The notes beneath the pieces are model-generated. The model had not been told where the DNA came from and made no database searches. It saw only the letters and a program-made list of their open reading frames with translations. A stretch of 62,821 nt of DNA, counting the filler, from Rhabdomonas costata (Eukaryota), in NCBI GenBank assembly GCA_019059605.1. It is 14 parts of 14 records of this genome, joined end to end, with 100 filler letters (N's around TTAATTAATTAA, not from the genome) between each part and the next. Parts side by side here need not be neighbours in the genome. Positions count along the whole stretch, not along the records: positions 58,472 to 62,821 come from JAHMHO010000261.1; 13 more parts are not named here. One strand, written 5' to 3'. Of this stretch, positions 62,191 to 62,821 are shown in pieces. The stretch's first letter is position 1. The number at the start of each line of letters is the position of its first letter. Made by a program: the position numbers and the translations under genes.

Positions 62191-62821
62191 CTGTGTGCGA
62201 TTTGAAAACCAAAAACTGCTGCAAAAAAAACTAACAGGCACCATGCCAACGTTTTCAGCAATAGAAAGTGATGGGTGTTCCGCATCAGAAAGCGAAAGGA
62301 ACAAAACACAGTAGCACAGCAATGGAAGAAAGGAGAAGAGCAAAAGGCAGGTTTGAGAAAGGTGGAATAACGAGTCCCAGGACAGGTTTCCAGACAATGG
62401 CAAGACTGAAACAGGCCTGGGGTCTTGTGCATTTATAGCATGCCTCCCGAAACGATGACTATAGGGAGGGTCAAAAATGAGATTAAGGGCTTCACTTGCC
62501 TCATTTGCTTTGCGTGCGCGGTGGGAAGGTTTGTCGAAAAATCCCCAGATCAGCTCTTAATGTCGGAAACAATGGCGAGGGCGAGGGCGACGCCGACAGC
62601 GGCAGTGCGTAATGGCGCGAAGGTCCGCGGAAGGACGGCGAGCAATAGCGCTATGGAGCGATGGAGCGATGGGGCGATGGCACGCGACGGTGCCCGCTAA
62701 GAGGTAATGCATTTTTGCATTTTTATAATCACGCGTTGCGAGTTTCGTGAAATGAGTGCCGTGGCAGAACCGCCCCCCTCTCACGGGAAGGTTGGTTAAA
62801 CATCCGCCAATCCACACCAAC

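Overview
This window is not one locus. It is 14 unrelated ~4.4-kb scaffolds joined by an artificial 100-bp spacer (44 N + TTAATTAATTAA + 44 N), so gene neighbourhood across spacers means nothing. The DNA is from an intron-rich eukaryote. A euglenid is my inference, based on the Euglena-type transmembrane nucleotide cyclase and very degenerate splice donors. G/T-only scaffold ends and an inversion chimera point to whole-genome-amplified material. Genes or gene fragments traced by hand: an intronless bacterial-style GNAT acetyltransferase, an 11-beta-HSD1-like SDR, a divergent hexokinase, an RMDN-type TPR protein, a UBE3B/C-type HECT ligase, an O-fucosyltransferase-like protein, a receiver-domain protein, LSm8, importin-beta, a Cys-loop ligand-gated ion channel, a class III cyclase and three unknown genes. 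Mobile DNA includes two head-to-head decayed Penelope-like retroelements that together imply a GIY-YIG-before-RT order, a gag zinc-knuckle remnant and a dispersed repeat. The best leads are the Penelope-like pair, the true Cys-loop channel with a PAR motif and an unusual M2 glutamate, frequent GC-AG introns, the possible HGT GNAT gene and a 3-kb AT-rich decayed coding island. I found no CRISPR array, rRNA, tRNA or convincing new multi-gene system.
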